From: a virus
Lineage: Duplodnaviria > Caudoviricetes
Reading direction: 5' to 3' (one strand)
Length of the DNA stretch: 64,000 nucleotides
IMG/VR virus record: IMGVR_UViG_3300037512_000559
Location: 3,253 to 67,252 of that record
The notes beneath the pieces were generated by a model. It was not told where the DNA came from. It saw nothing but the letters and a program-made list of their open reading frames with translations, and made no database searches. The position numbers and the translations under genes are program-made. Below are positions 53,442 to 64,000 of the stretch, one piece after another (position 1 is the stretch's first letter; the number at the start of each line of letters is the position of its first letter).

Positions 53442-53641
53442 AGATTATGCAAGCCGACCTGCCTCACACGATATTCAAATCAGTATCGAGGGGCGGCAAG
53501 AGCGATACGAGGCACACGAGAGTCAATCCAAACGACCCGGCATTTGCGGCTCAACAGGCGGCTTACGACAGGGCCGTGGCGAAGCGCAAGGCGCAACAGG
53601 AAGGAAAGATACCCTACACAACCCAACAACTGTTTAGATAA
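53210..53641 (+). CDS. -1 frame extension (GT-like chaperone product)
   Basis: Frame open from 53210 to the TMP start; encodes FGYRCVLTCAQIEIMQADLP. Confidence 0.55.
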   Translation, partial: KKTSAFGALRNYGVLDGYEDGLDETDEKGSRAVPSRTTLGCEAAFVKDFPSYGHPRWRFFRWERNFGYRCVLTCAQIEIMQADLPHTIFKSVSRGGKSDTRHTRVNPNDPAFAAQQAAYDRAVAKRKAQQEGKIPYTTQQLFR

Positions 53642-56600
53642 TGGCAAACTTGGAAAATTTGAACTTCGCGGTCATCCTTGACGACAAGCAGTTCAATCAG
53701 CAGATGGCGAAGGTGCAAGCCGCCGCTGACGCATTCAATACTACGATGAGTAACGCCCTCGCAATCTCTGGCGTGAAGGGCGGAACGGAGAATATACGAG
53801 AGTTGGTGAAGGAGTTGAAGAACGCAGAAAAGGCGCAGCGCGACCTCAATGCTGCGGTCAAGGCTGCTCCTTCGGAGAAAATTGTAATCCGTCACAAGGA
53901 TGCACTCACGGCAACCAACGCAAAGTTGTTCGATACCGCGAAGATGCTCCGCACCATCGGCACTCTCACGGGTGGTGCGTTCTCCGTCTATGGGCTTCGC
54001 CGTTTCCTTTCCACCCTCATCGAAGTTACGGGTCAGTTCGAGGTGCAGAAAATGGCACTTCGCACGATGCTCCAAGACATTGACGCAGCCGATAAGATTT
54101 TCCAAGACCTCTACCGATTCTCGTCCAACTCCACTTACCGATTCTCCGAGTTGGCGAAGTATTCCAAGCAGCTTGCGGCCTTCAACATTGGCAAGGATTC
54201 CCTGCTCGAAACAACCAAGATGCTCGGCGATGTGGCTTCTGGTGTCGGCGTTTCGATGGATAGAATCATCCTCGCTTACGGTCACGTTAAGTCATCCGGC
54301 TTCCTTCGCGGTATTCAACTTCGCTCATTCTCCCAGAATGGCGTTCCCGTGCTGGACGAACTCGCAAAGATGTTCTCCGAATTGGAGAATCGGGCCGTGT
54401 CTCTGGGTGAGGTGTTCGACAAGATGACGAGGCGCGAGATTCCGTTTGAAATGGTCGAGGAGGCATTCAAGCGAATGACGAGCGAGGGCGGCAAGTTCTA
54501 CCAGATGCAGGAAGTCCTCGCAAAGACGCTCGCGGGTCAGATTAACATCCTCAAAGGTCGCTGGGAGAACTTGATGTACGCATACGGTGAGGCGAACGAT
54601 GGAATCCTCAAGAAACTTGTAAGCTCCGTAAGCAATCTTATCGCAAGCAGCGAGGAGTTTGGGCGATTCTTGGTTCAACTTATTTCCACCTTCGGTGCGT
54701 ACAAGGTAGCACAGTATATTATCATCGGGCTAACCGACAAGATGGCGTTCGCAAACCTCCGGCTCGTCAAGACATTCAACGCCCTTCATCTTTCAAATCC
54801 GTATGTTGCGATTGCCGCCGGGGTTGCCGCCCTCACGTTTGTAATCATACGCCAAAACAAAGAGTTGTCGGCATCGGAGAAGATTACGAAAGCCCTCGAA
54901 GATACCACCAAGAAATACGACCAAGCGCTTAATTCCGAGATTCGGGAACTTGACCTCTTGTATGGTGCGCTCAAGTCCGCAAAGGAAGGTACGGATGAGT
55001 ACAACGAGGCGAAGCTGGCGATTGAAAAGAGGTTCGACCCATACATCCAGCAACTCAAGAACGAGGGCGTTGAAGTAAATAACCTTGCAAACATCTACGA
55101 CCACCTCGCGGAAAGGGTGAAGAACGCAAGCAAGGAGAGATTTCTCGCGGATGCTCAATCTGGCATTTCCGCAGCATACGGAGAGGCGGAGCAGAACGCG
55201 GAGGATGCGTTTGTCCGTCTGCTTCCGAGAATCAAGGAGGTTCTTGGCCGCGAGGCAACCCCGGATGAGGAGGGTGCGCTTCGCCACTACATCAGAACTG
55301 GTGGTAAGAACGACCTGTATAAAGCCCTTGCTTCCGAATTGAGCGGCGCGGTCAAGGATGTCGTTATGGATATTAACGACCCTACCGGGCAGACCCAGAG
55401 GCAGACCGTAAGGCTCACGGGACAGGGCATTATAGACGATTTGACGGGAATCAAGAACAACCTTGACATCGCCTCTATTGCATACACCGACGCGATGAGG
55501 GATGCCGCCAAGAGGTTTGATGCCGCAAGCCGCGAAACGAGCGGTGTAAGGCCGGGCGACCCGCGAGATTGGGCGAAGCAAGTCAACTCCGTCCTCAACA
55601 CTCTTGACCCGGAAATCATCAAGAAAGCCGGGCTTGGTTTGAAGGAGAATGAGGGATATTACGAATATCTGGAGCGCGTAGGCAAGGAGTATAAGCAGAT
55701 TAACGAAGAAAAAGACAAGGCTCTCTCTACCGATAAGGCGAGCAAAGAACTACTGCTCGATGCCATCCGCCAAGTCGATGCTGCCCTTGAGGGAAACATT
55801 CTATCCGATGTCCGATACAACAAGACCCCGTGGAAGGAGAATGGTACGAGTGATGATGAGACCAAGAAACAGATTCAGTCTCTCAACAAGCAAGCAAGCA
55901 TCCTTCATAAATACAAAGACGCATACGATTCGCTTGAGCCGTTCCTCGGTGAAGATACCACCTCAAAGATGGCCGAAATCTTCGGCGGCAAGGCTTCCGA
56001 CTACGAGGATATTGATGAGAAGGTGATTGACCTTCTGGCCGACCTCCGTCTGCTCGGAGAAGCTGGCCAGCAAGCCGCAGAATCAATTGAGGCGCAGTTC
56101 GGTGTGAGTGCGGTATCGCAACTCACGAAGGCACTTCAAGCAGCGCAGAGGGCAGAGGAATCCTTCTTGAAGGTTGAGCAGAGCATTGATGAGTATCTGG
56201 GAGAGGATTTCACCGTTGATGGCGAGAGGGCCGCATACAAGATTAGCAAGGCACTCCGCGATTGGCGTAATGCCGACATCAAGGTTGACCAGAAGGTTGG
56301 CCGATTCGGTGAACGTATCGAAAAGGATGAGAAGGAACACATTATGCGCCAATGGGCCGATGAACACCCGCAAGCATCGTGGGACACCGATGGCCGATAC
56401 CAGCAATATCTCGCAAAGGAGTATTGGAGGCAGTACAAGGAAAGCCGAATCAAGGAACTCAAGGAGCAAGCGCAGCAGGAGAAAAACCTCAACGCGGCCA
56501 ACACCAGAGAGAAGATTCGTGGATACGCCCAACTCATCTTCAATGACCAGATGGGCGACTATGACCTCACGAATTGGAACGACAAGACCATTGCCCAGAT

Positions 56601-58080
56601 TAGTGAAATCCGCGCCGCAATCGCCAATGTCGAGTTGCCGGAGGATGTAAAGAAGGAGCTTGAGGATAATGTAGAACTCGCCCAGATGCTTGTTGAGGAA
56701 CTTGGAAAAATCAAGAAGCAGGAGGGTAGCAAGGCTGACAAAGCGGCAACGGACGAGTGGGCGCAGGGGGCGCAAAGAGTAGCTAAGTATCTCGGCAAAG
56801 CTGCCGAATATATGGAACGGCTCGGAGAAGCTACGGGCAGCGAGGCGGTAAGCGACCTTGCGGTTGGCCTCGGAGCATTGAGCGAGAACCTGCAAGCAGC
56901 CGGAGAGGGATACGCCGCAGCAGCGTCCGCTGGTGCTGGTGCTTACGCTTGGATTGGCGCAGTTGTCGGTGGTATTGGCGACATCACGGCAAAGATTATT
57001 GATTCCGTGGCCGAGGCAACCGAGGTTTCGAGACGCGAAATGGAGCAGTTCCGTGAGGATATGCGGAGAACATTCTCCGAGGGTCTTACGGAGGGTGTCG
57101 AAACCGCGTTTGGTGACAACCTTATCCAGAAGCTCCGCAACGCGAATAAGGAGTTGCGGCAGCTTGAATATAACCTCGGCCTCGTTGCCGGGCAGGGTAT
57201 GTCTGGTATGGGCATCAAGACGCTCACTCGTAAGTCTGGCTTCCTTAACATCGGAAGGACGGACTTTAGTCTCCAAGATGCCGCGAACGCAACGGGTATT
57301 TCACTTCTCAAAAACGGAATCCTTAACACCGACCTCCTCCGGGCAATCCAAGAAATGTATGTCCTTGACGAGAAGTCGCAGGAGTGGATTTCTACGGAGA
57401 TTATAAACCTTGAGGCTTACTCCGATGTCCTCAAGACCTTCGATGAGTTGATGGAGAATCTGTTTGGAAACGTTGCCGCTTCTGCCGCAGATTCCATCAT
57501 TGATGGGTGGATTGAGGCCGGAAATGCCGCTCTGGACTATGCCGACATCCTTGATGATGTGGCGAAGTCCTATGCCAAGATGCTCATCCAATCCACCATC
57601 CTCGATGAAGTATTCACGCAGGATGAAATCAACAAAATCAAGGCGTTGTTTGTCGGTGGCGACTATCAAGGCGCAATGGCAGCAATCGCCGAGGATATGG
57701 AGGCAATTGCTGGTCTCGAACCCGTGTTCCAGAATATCCTTGAAGCCTTCGACCCCTACTTCAACAAAGAAGGCAATGATGGCACTCTCGCAAACGGCAT
57801 CAATGGAATAACCGAGGATACCGCAAACCTTCTCGCATCATACCTCAACGCTATCCGTGCGGATGTGTCGATGATGAGGCTTCTTGCACAGCAAGGGTGG
57901 AGCAGCGTATCGAACATCGCTGACGCAATCGGTGTACTCCCGACCCTCAACGACCACATTATGAAGATAGCGGCCCACAATGCCAATATCGAACAGAGTA
58001 CACGGCAGATACTCGTTGAGTTGCAGGGCGTAATCGTCAACGAGGGCAGCGGCAGGGGTTTCCGTTCCTATCCGGCGTAG
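53641..58080 (+). CDS. Tape measure protein
   Basis: 1479 aa helical protein; tape-measure domain (AKYSKQLAAF, IILAYGHVKSSGFLRG.QLR.F...G.P). Confidence 0.92.
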   Translation: MANLENLNFAVILDDKQFNQQMAKVQAAADAFNTTMSNALAISGVKGGTENIRELVKELKNAEKAQRDLNAAVKAAPSEKIVIRHKDALTATNAKLFDTAKMLRTIGTLTGGAFSVYGLRRFLSTLIEVTGQFEVQKMALRTMLQDIDAADKIFQDLYRFSSNSTYRFSELAKYSKQLAAFNIGKDSLLETTKMLGDVASGVGVSMDRIILAYGHVKSSGFLRGIQLRSFSQNGVPVLDELAKMFSELENRAVSLGEVFDKMTRREIPFEMVEEAFKRMTSEGGKFYQMQEVLAKTLAGQINILKGRWENLMYAYGEANDGILKKLVSSVSNLIASSEEFGRFLVQLISTFGAYKVAQYIIIGLTDKMAFANLRLVKTFNALHLSNPYVAIAAGVAALTFVIIRQNKELSASEKITKALEDTTKKYDQALNSEIRELDLLYGALKSAKEGTDEYNEAKLAIEKRFDPYIQQLKNEGVEVNNLANIYDHLAERVKNASKERFLADAQSGISAAYGEAEQNAEDAFVRLLPRIKEVLGREATPDEEGALRHYIRTGGKNDLYKALASELSGAVKDVVMDINDPTGQTQRQTVRLTGQGIIDDLTGIKNNLDIASIAYTDAMRDAAKRFDAASRETSGVRPGDPRDWAKQVNSVLNTLDPEIIKKAGLGLKENEGYYEYLERVGKEYKQINEEKDKALSTDKASKELLLDAIRQVDAALEGNILSDVRYNKTPWKENGTSDDETKKQIQSLNKQASILHKYKDAYDSLEPFLGEDTTSKMAEIFGGKASDYEDIDEKVIDLLADLRLLGEAGQQAAESIEAQFGVSAVSQLTKALQAAQRAEESFLKVEQSIDEYLGEDFTVDGERAAYKISKALRDWRNADIKVDQKVGRFGERIEKDEKEHIMRQWADEHPQASWDTDGRYQQYLAKEYWRQYKESRIKELKEQAQQEKNLNAANTREKIRGYAQLIFNDQMGDYDLTNWNDKTIAQISEIRAAIANVELPEDVKKELEDNVELAQMLVEELGKIKKQEGSKADKAATDEWAQGAQRVAKYLGKAAEYMERLGEATGSEAVSDLAVGLGALSENLQAAGEGYAAAASAGAGAYAWIGAVVGGIGDITAKIIDSVAEATEVSRREMEQFREDMRRTFSEGLTEGVETAFGDNLIQKLRNANKELRQLEYNLGLVAGQGMSGMGIKTLTRKSGFLNIGRTDFSLQDAANATGISLLKNGILNTDLLRAIQEMYVLDEKSQEWISTEIINLEAYSDVLKTFDELMENLFGNVAASAADSIIDGWIEAGNAALDYADILDDVAKSYAKMLIQSTILDEVFTQDEINKIKALFVGGDYQGAMAAIAEDMEAIAGLEPVFQNILEAFDPYFNKEGNDGTLANGINGITEDTANLLASYLNAIRADVSMMRLLAQQGWSSVSNIADAIGVLPTLNDHIMKIAAHNANIEQSTRQILVELQGVIVNEGSGRGFRSYPA

Positions 58081-58081
58081 T

Positions 58082-58134
58082 GAAACAAAGAGAAACAAAT
58101 GTTTCCCTTTGAGGTTCAAATATAGATACCTTTG
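58082..58134 (+). promoter_or_regulatory. Late promoter for the distal tail/fibre/DGR/lysis block
   Basis: GAAACA-AA-TGTTTC (58092-58105), then 21 bp, then TACCTTTG (58127-58134). Confidence 0.65.
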
Positions 58135-58144
58135 ACACAAGAGT

Positions 58145-58666
58145 ATGGCTATTTACGTTCCACTTCTTTCAGATTACGCGCCCTTCTACATCCAGCGCGA
58201 TATTGATGCCTCTGCGGTCAATATCCAGACCGTCTATGGTATCACGATAAAGGCTCACGAGTATCCGTCCAAGCGGAAGGTAAAAGAGCCATACAAGAAC
58301 AACTGGAAAGACCAGCACGGCGATGACGAATACACCGACCATCTTTTCTATGAGGCGTTCACTCTCACATTCAAATGCGTCATCCTTACGCGGGAGTCGG
58401 ATTCCGCAACCTCCCGTGCGGAGTTGAAGAAGCAGATTCGCAACTTCCAGAACTTCATTGCACAGGGCGAGTTCCGAATCTATGACGACTGGACGAAGTT
58501 CGGTTTCCAAAAGGTTCGCGTAAGTGAGTTCCGCGAGATTGCGGAGGGAAACTTCTCCAATTGGGACGGACGATGCCGACTTATCTTCGATATGGTGTTG
58601 AAGGTCAACGACCCGATTACCAATATGACGCTCAGTAACGGCTCAATCGTGGAGGCGACAACATAA
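58145..58666 (+). CDS. Distal tail protein (Dit-like)
   Basis: Follows the TMP; KEPYKNNWKDQHGDDEY motif. Confidence 0.6.
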   Translation: MAIYVPLLSDYAPFYIQRDIDASAVNIQTVYGITIKAHEYPSKRKVKEPYKNNWKDQHGDDEYTDHLFYEAFTLTFKCVILTRESDSATSRAELKKQIRNFQNFIAQGEFRIYDDWTKFGFQKVRVSEFREIAEGNFSNWDGRCRLIFDMVLKVNDPITNMTLSNGSIVEATT

Positions 58667-61600
58667 TGGCAAGGTTCTCCATATACTCCGCGAATGGTTC
58701 TACGGTACGTTATTCTGGCGCACCCGTATATCGCGGTTCGCACCTCAAGCCTGCGTATCTGGAGTTCCGCGAGATAGCATCCCCAACAAAGATTTCGTGG
58801 CAGATTGGCGACTATGTGGACTATGGGCGCACGGGTTTTCGCTACAAGCTATACTCCATCCCGTACCCTACGAAACAGGCGGTCGCCAACGCTGCTGGGG
58901 ATTCCTTCGTGTATAAGGATGTGCAGTTCTTCTGCGCCACGAAAGACCTTGAGATAGCGCCATTCCGCGACCTCGTTATCTCGGACAACCAGATTCACTT
59001 CACCACCCTGCCGGAAGTCTCCACCTACGAGGATGTTTACGGCATCGCAAGGCGTATTCAAGCGAATATGGATTCCTTCTACGGCGAGGGTGCTTGGGTT
59101 ATCCGCGTGTTTGACACATCGGATTCAGAACTCCGTGCGCTGATGCTCGAAACGAAGGAGTTTAGCCTTTCGGACGGAACTTGCCTCGATGCCCTCTCGC
59201 AGATTTATAGCCAATGGAAGGGAATCGGGTGGATGTATTCTGTGGAGAACGGTGTGAACACCATCACCATCGGTCGCCCGAACGTACAAGATAGGGACAA
59301 CACCACAAACCTTTTTGCATACGGTGTCGGCAATGGACTTACGCTCATCAAGAAAGAGCAGAGCCAAAAGAACGACCTCGCAACGCGCATCTACGCCTAC
59401 GGTTCTACGCGAAATCTCATCGCTCGGTACTACAACAACCTCACGCCAGCTATCAAGGATGCCGAGAGTGTCTATATCCCCAACCTTATGATTCCTCTTT
59501 CCGAATGGGGAGAGACGGACGAAATGAAGGATGCTCGAAAGGCTTTTCTTGAGGCTTCGGAGGATATTGTTGCGAAATACGGATTGCGCCCCAAGACCAT
59601 TTATTTCGATGGTTCTGGCGACTACGAAGAAATCTACCCCTCGCTCGAAGGTATGACTGCCGGGCAGCTTCGTGCAGCGATGCAACCAACGGACGAATAC
59701 TATCCGTCCACGCGGTTCGCCGCGGATAGCCAGAGGCTTGATGAGGTGGCACTCGCAGAGAACCCTGCGGACGATGGCGTTATCGCCACCGAGGGTGGCG
59801 GCAAGTACATCCAGACCGTCAACCTTCTCGGCGTTTCGCAATCACATACCTACACCTTCGCAAAAGGGCAAGAATCCGCCAAGATACCGCTTACAGGCAT
59901 TGTTGTGTCGAACACTATTTCCGCGATGGGTAAAGTGTCTGTAACGCCTTCTTTTGCGGCAACAATCGAATCGTCCGTAAACCTCGGCACTTTATCTGTC
60001 CGCCTGTGGCTGGAAATTGGCGGTGTCAAGTACGGAAACATCGGTGGAAAGATTACGAGGGGCGTAGGTAACTCCTATACGGTAACGATTGACCCGTTCG
60101 ACATCAGCACAGAGGATGTCGGAGAGGTGCTTCTTACTGGCTACATCTTCGCCGCTCCTACCAACAAGGATGGCGCAACGCTTTCCTACGCACTCAATAT
60201 GGGGACAACGAAACTTGAGGTGCAGACCGTACTCAAGGATTCGTTCAAGGTTCATATCCGCCAGATTGGTTTCGATATTTCCAAGCAGCAGAGCGCGATT
60301 TCCGATGGTCTATGCACCATCGCCTTCAAGACTGGATGGTGTGCTGGGCGTGAGTTCACCGTGAAGAAATGCGAGTACCAAGAATCCAACGACCGTTGGG
60401 TGCTTACGGTTGCTCGCCACAACGACGAGAGCCTGTCTCAGTATTTCCCAAATTCCATCTACAAGATTGAGGCTGGCGACCGATTCGTGCTTACCGACCT
60501 CACGATGCCGGAGGTCTATATCACCTCCGCGATGCAGAGGCTTTTGGAACGCGCCCAAGAGGTGCTGACCGCGCTTTCCACGCCAAAGTTCATCTATGAG
60601 CCGGAGATTGACGCGAAGGTACTTGCCAGTTCGCCAGAATTGCTCCTTGAGGGTATGTATATGCCCATACAGGATGACGATGTTATTGAGGATGCGGTCA
60701 ACATTCGCGGCGTAGAATACCATCGCGATTGGGTGATGATTGATTCCATCGAAATCAATGAGGGTGACGAGGCTATTCCGACCTACAAAGTGACCCTGCA
60801 AGATGAGAAGCGAGAGAGTTTCCTCTCACGCATTTCCCGGCAGACGGGGCATAACACCCGCGACATTTCCGAAATCGAATTGAAAGACCTTCGCACGGAG
60901 GTGGAAGAACTTACACCGTCTGTCTATGAGCCGGAGGAAATATCGGTTGAGGTGGTCGCATCGCACCCCATCATCGGCTACGAAACTTCGTTTGACGATG
61001 AACCCGTGAATGAGGTTACTTTAACCTGCCAGACAACGGGCATTGATAACCCATCATACCAATGGTACTACCTCGGTGCTATCACTTGGGTTGCCATCAG
61101 CGGTGCTACCGGGCAGTCTTATGCCGTTGACCCCAACTCGCCGTATTACTACCAAAACGGAGATATTGTAGAGGATTTCCGATGCGTTGTTAACGATAAT
61201 CCAGACCTCGCGGCGAGTGTCCAGATTATGAAGGTTCTCGCCAACGCGGTCAGCGTTTCGTTGAGCAACCCGGCCCATATCTTTGCTGCTGGTGTTCAAT
61301 ATGCGGAGGCGGCTACCGACCGCACCGACATTCTCGGCTACAAAGGTGTTGAGAGATTCGCCACTAAAGTCAAGATGTCCGACATCCGATTCCTTGATTC
61401 CGCGAGGAACGAGTTGCTTGCTGGATATACTGGTGGCCGATTGAAGGATTCGCAGGGACGAGACCTCACAGATTCGCAGGGACGATACTTGACCGTTGCA
61501 ACGGGTAGCGGGGCGAGCCTCGTTGATGCCATCACAGGCGATGTGATGATGACCGTTGAGGTAGTGGATAACAACACGACCGCAACCTATTTGAACATCA

Positions 61601-64000
61601 CGACCATTGAGGGTAAAATGAACATCCCCGCTGGCGTGATTGAGATTCCTATCGTTATCCGCGAGGCGGACGCTTCGGCTGGAGTTACGGAGAAGGTTGT
61701 GAATCTATATTATTCGTGGTCTCTTGCCTTGCAGGGCAACACCTCCTTCACTTCTGTCGTTTTCACTCGCACATCTGGAACGCCGGAGGCTATCGCGGAT
61801 GACGATGGAGACTTCGACAATCCTGTTCCCCAGAATACATATACGGACTCCGCGCATAATTCTTACACTTGGTCTGACGGAATACCATCCGGCGATGCAA
61901 CCCTGTGGATGAGTATGCGCATCTTCTCCGCCAATGGCTACTATCCGCAAGAGGAACATTGGAGTACGCCTTCTCCGGCCTTCGATACCGCAGACATTGA
62001 TTTTGAGTATTCCGCCCTTGAGACCAACCCCGGTACTCCTTCCAACCCGGCCACGGGTGCTAATTGGCACAACACCGCAACCCAAAACGACATTTGGATG
62101 GCGATGCGCAAGAAGTCTGGCGGTGTGTGGGGTGCGTGGGAGGTATTCAAGGTCAAGGGCGAGAAGGGTGATAGCCCCTTGTTTGCCGACATTAACAACG
62201 AAATGGATGGCCTCACCGTAGGCCCGGACGGTATTCTGCAAGTTTCCGGCGGTGTCACCCTCACCACGAAGGTGTCTATGTGGTATGGCAACACGGCGCA
62301 GACCATCACGGGAATTGTCGCATCCATTAACCACCTTTCAAGTAACATTCACGTTACATATCCAAACGGAGTTGCGGCTGGCGATGTGCGGATTCAAGTT
62401 GACAACAACACTGACTTCAACACCTACGACAAGGTTGCAATCACATTGCTTGTCACTTGTGCCCTCGGCTCCCGGTCGGTTGTTTACACCCTTCTTGCCA
62501 TTAAGGATGGGGAGGACGGCGTGGTTTATAAACTCATCCCGGACTACGATGTTGTCAAGGGTGCGTACAACTCCAGCAACCAACTCGTCTATACGCCCAC
62601 GTCGGTCAAGGTTACTCGCTACAAGAGAAGTGGAAGTGGCGCGATGAACACCTCCACGGATGGCGAGATTCGATATAGTGTTGACGGGGGTACGACCATC
62701 CAGAACAACTATGACGCATCTACTGGCGTTTCCGTATCGAGCGTGGCTGCGGCTGGGAAAATCATCTTCTATTGGTACATAAACAATGTGATGATTGACC
62801 GTGAGACCGTTCCGATTGTCGTGGACGGGCAGAAGGGCGAAGATGGTTCTAATGGCTATTCGGCAAGCACTATCTATCTCTACAAGCGGTCGAGCAGCGG
62901 TGCGCCGACTACCGCGCCGGGAAACTCCATCTATACCTTCGCAACCGGCGTTCTTGCGGCGGCGGAGAGTGCGTCGCTTAATGGATGGCAGCAGACCATT
63001 CCGACTGGTGACGACCCGTGCTATGTCACGATGTTCTTTGCGCAGGACAACCAAGCCACGCAGTCTATTCCCGGTGGCTGGGTATCCGCCGGAGGCTCTT
63101 GGGCCGCACCAACTCGCCTCACGGGTGACAACGGATTGATGGGTAAGGTGATGCGTGGTATCAACGAGTTTTCATCGGATTACGGTGCTGGCGTAAAGAC
63201 GCAGACTCTTGTCGAGTATCAAGGCTTGAGCGATACCGACACGAGCCATATCTACTACGATATGGTCTATCGTGAGGTTTCCGGGACGCGAACCTACTAC
63301 TACTGCAAGGTTGGCGGTTCTGCCGCCCGCGCATACATCCCCGGCTCCACTACGGGATGGGAAACTTATTGGTCTGTCGCCACGCAGTTTGATTTCATCG
63401 CCACCCGCGTCCTTCTCGCCTCCAATGCCTTTATTGATGTTTTCTCCGGCAATGCGGCGTATATGTACGACAACGGTCAAGAGTACATAGTGGCGGGTAT
63501 GCAGGGTGGTTCAACAACGCTTGACGGCGGAAGCTCTGTTCCTCAAGTCAACTTCTTCGCCGGAACGGACGCTACGCACCAGAACCCCCTTACCGCACCG
63601 TTCCGCGTCACTTATCAAGGTGTTGTTTACTGCAAGGATATTCGTATTTCCGGCGGCCAAATCGAAATATCGAGCGGAAATGCGGTCGTTTTCTCCGTGA
63701 GCAACACGGGCGCTCTTGTCGCGGCGAACGCAACAATTACTGGCGGCTCTATCTCCATCAAAAACGCAAGCAACGTTGAAGTGTTTAAGGTTTCCACTAC
63801 CGGCAAACTTACGGCAAGCGATGTAAAGATTACGGGCGCAATAAAGGCATCTGGAACGGAGTACCCCGACGGGGAGGGAGGTAGCGGAACCGTTGCTATG
63901 TGGAGCGAAAACGGATTTAGGATGTCCGATGGCGCGGCTTGGTTTCACGGAGTCGGACTTAACTCCTATGGGGAGAAAACAAACACGAATATAACGCAAG
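58666..64000 (+). CDS. Large tail-tip/baseplate hub and central fibre protein (>=1778 codons, runs off the window end)
   Basis: Absent from the ORF track because no stop is reached; frame from ATG 58666 spot-checked open at 59341, 60781, 62101 and 63961; TRIYAYGSTRN and GEKGD/GQKGEDG motifs. Confidence 0.8.
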   Translation, partial: MARFSIYSANGSTVRYSGAPVYRGSHLKPAYLEFREIASPTKISWQIGDYVDYGRTGFRYKLYSIPYPTKQAVANAAGDSFVYKDVQFFCATKDLEIAPFRDLVISDNQIHFTTLPEVSTYEDVYGIARRIQANMDSFYGEGAWVIRVFDTSDSELRALMLETKEFSLSDGTCLDALSQIYSQWKGIGWMYSVENGVNTITIGRPNVQDRDNTTNLFAYGVGNGLTLIKKEQSQKNDLATRIYAYGSTRNLIARYYNNLTPAIKDAESVYIPNLMIPLSEWGETDEMKDARKAFLEASEDIVAKYGLRPKTIYFDGSGDYEEIYPSLEGMTAGQLRAAMQPTDEYYPSTRFAADSQRLDEVALAENPADDGVIATEGGGKYIQTVNLLGVSQSHTYTFAKGQESAKIPLTGIVVSNTISAMGKVSVTPSFAATIESSVNLGTLSVRLWLEIGGVKYGNIGGKITRGVGNSYTVTIDPFDISTEDVGEVLLTGYIFAAPTNKDGATLSYALNMGTTKLEVQTVLKDSFKVHIRQIGFDISKQQSAISDGLCTIAFKTGWCAGREFTVKKCEYQESNDRWVLTVARHNDESLSQYFPNSIYKIEAGDRFVLTDLTMPEVYITSAMQRLLERAQEVLTALSTPKFIYEPEIDAKVLASSPELLLEGMYMPIQDDDVIEDAVNIRGVEYHRDWVMIDSIEINEGDEAIPTYKVTLQDEKRESFLSRISRQTGHNTRDISEIELKDLRTEVEELTPSVYEPEEISVEVVASHPIIGYETSFDDEPVNEVTLTCQTTGIDNPSYQWYYLGAITWVAISGATGQSYAVDPNSPYYYQNGDIVEDFRCVVNDNPDLAASVQIMKVLANAVSVSLSNPAHIFAAGVQYAEAATDRTDILGYKGVERFATKVKMSDIRFLDSARNELLAGYTGGRLKDSQGRDLTDSQGRYLTVATGSGASLVDAITGDVMMTVEVVDNNTTATYLNITTIEGKMNIPAGVIEIPIVIREADASAGVTEKVVNLYYSWSLALQGNTSFTSVVFTRTSGTPEAIADDDGDFDNPVPQNTYTDSAHNSYTWSDGIPSGDATLWMSMRIFSANGYYPQEEHWSTPSPAFDTADIDFEYSALETNPGTPSNPATGANWHNTATQNDIWMAMRKKSGGVWGAWEVFKVKGEKGDSPLFADINNEMDGLTVGPDGILQVSGGVTLTTKVSMWYGNTAQTITGIVASINHLSSNIHVTYPNGVAAGDVRIQVDNNTDFNTYDKVAITLLVTCALGSRSVVYTLLAIKDGEDGVVYKLIPDYDVVKGAYNSSNQLVYTPTSVKVTRYKRSGSGAMNTSTDGEIRYSVDGGTTIQNNYDASTGVSVSSVAAAGKIIFYWYINNVMIDRETVPIVVDGQKGEDGSNGYSASTIYLYKRSSSGAPTTAPGNSIYTFATGVLAAAESASLNGWQQTIPTGDDPCYVTMFFAQDNQATQSIPGGWVSAGGSWAAPTRLTGDNGLMGKVMRGINEFSSDYGAGVKTQTLVEYQGLSDTDTSHIYYDMVYREVSGTRTYYYCKVGGSAARAYIPGSTTGWETYWSVATQFDFIATRVLLASNAFIDVFSGNAAYMYDNGQEYIVAGMQGGSTTLDGGSSVPQVNFFAGTDATHQNPLTAPFRVTYQGVVYCKDIRISGGQIEISSGNAVVFSVSNTGALVAANATITGGSISIKNASNVEVFKVSTTGKLTASDVKITGAIKASGTEYPDGEGGSGTVAMWSENGFRMSDGAAWFHGVGLNSYGEKTNTNITQ

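Noticed and set aside
49246-57276. Long minus-strand ORFs (e.g. 49246-50529, 56083-57276; also 304-1095)
   Set aside because: Antisense shadows of the capsid, tape measure and tail genes with no recognisable motifs.
61446-61485. 15-nt direct repeat GATTCGCAGGGACGA
   Set aside because: It encodes a common LxDSQGR peptide repeat within the tail-tip protein; no sign of a separate DNA element.
1-64000. Prophage boundaries or host genes; direct joining of the window end to the window start
   Set aside because: No host housekeeping genes or att duplications were seen. The end and start are both tail-protein sequence, but no overlap is visible, so circular continuity is unproven.

Overview
The whole window reads as a temperate, long-tailed (siphovirus-like) phage of a Bacteroidales host. 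Support for the host: TAnnTTTG/-33 TTTG promoters, and DUF3873-like and BACON-like proteins. No host genes or att junction were seen, so it looks like an excised or virion-form permutation. Layout: (1) 1-9673 (+): tail fibre/receptor genes, a complete diversity-generating retroelement (DGR: target 3040-4599, small MutS-C-terminal-like ORF, avd, template repeat TR, RT) and lysis genes. (2) 9714-29730 (-): early/middle operon with primase-helicase, RNase H, SSB, Sak/exonuclease, MazG-like protein, radical SAM protein, DNA MTase, ARC/Mpa-like AAA ATPase, a tRNA cluster and a second, remote DGR target at 16364-16924. (3) 30037-33745: immunity switch, integrase and a second tyrosine recombinase. 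(4) 33809-36765 (-): array of small early genes. (5) 37305-43123 (+): TerS-like gene, repeat cluster, an unusual tRNA-Met (on -) and a D5/P4 helicase. (6) 43235-47475 (-): RusA-like, head, portal and TerL genes. (7) 47573-64000 (+): capsid, tail, tape measure and tail-tip genes. The most striking unexplained signal is a ~70-nt minus-strand transcription unit at ~43123-43196, with its own canonical promoter and terminator. Its core is complementary to a conserved start-codon motif (CACTAA-Nx-GCCTT-ATG) found at 11 early genes, so it is a candidate phage sRNA that translationally silences a regulon. Other highlights: the DGR retargets a non-structural gene using a covarying hairpin with an invariant 13-nt loop; a palindromic late-promoter element sits exactly 21 bp from three -7 boxes; there are three aberrant tRNA or tRNA-like genes; and three genes are broken by single-base offsets in G/C homopolymers. 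Family assignments come from motif recognition only; no database searches were run.
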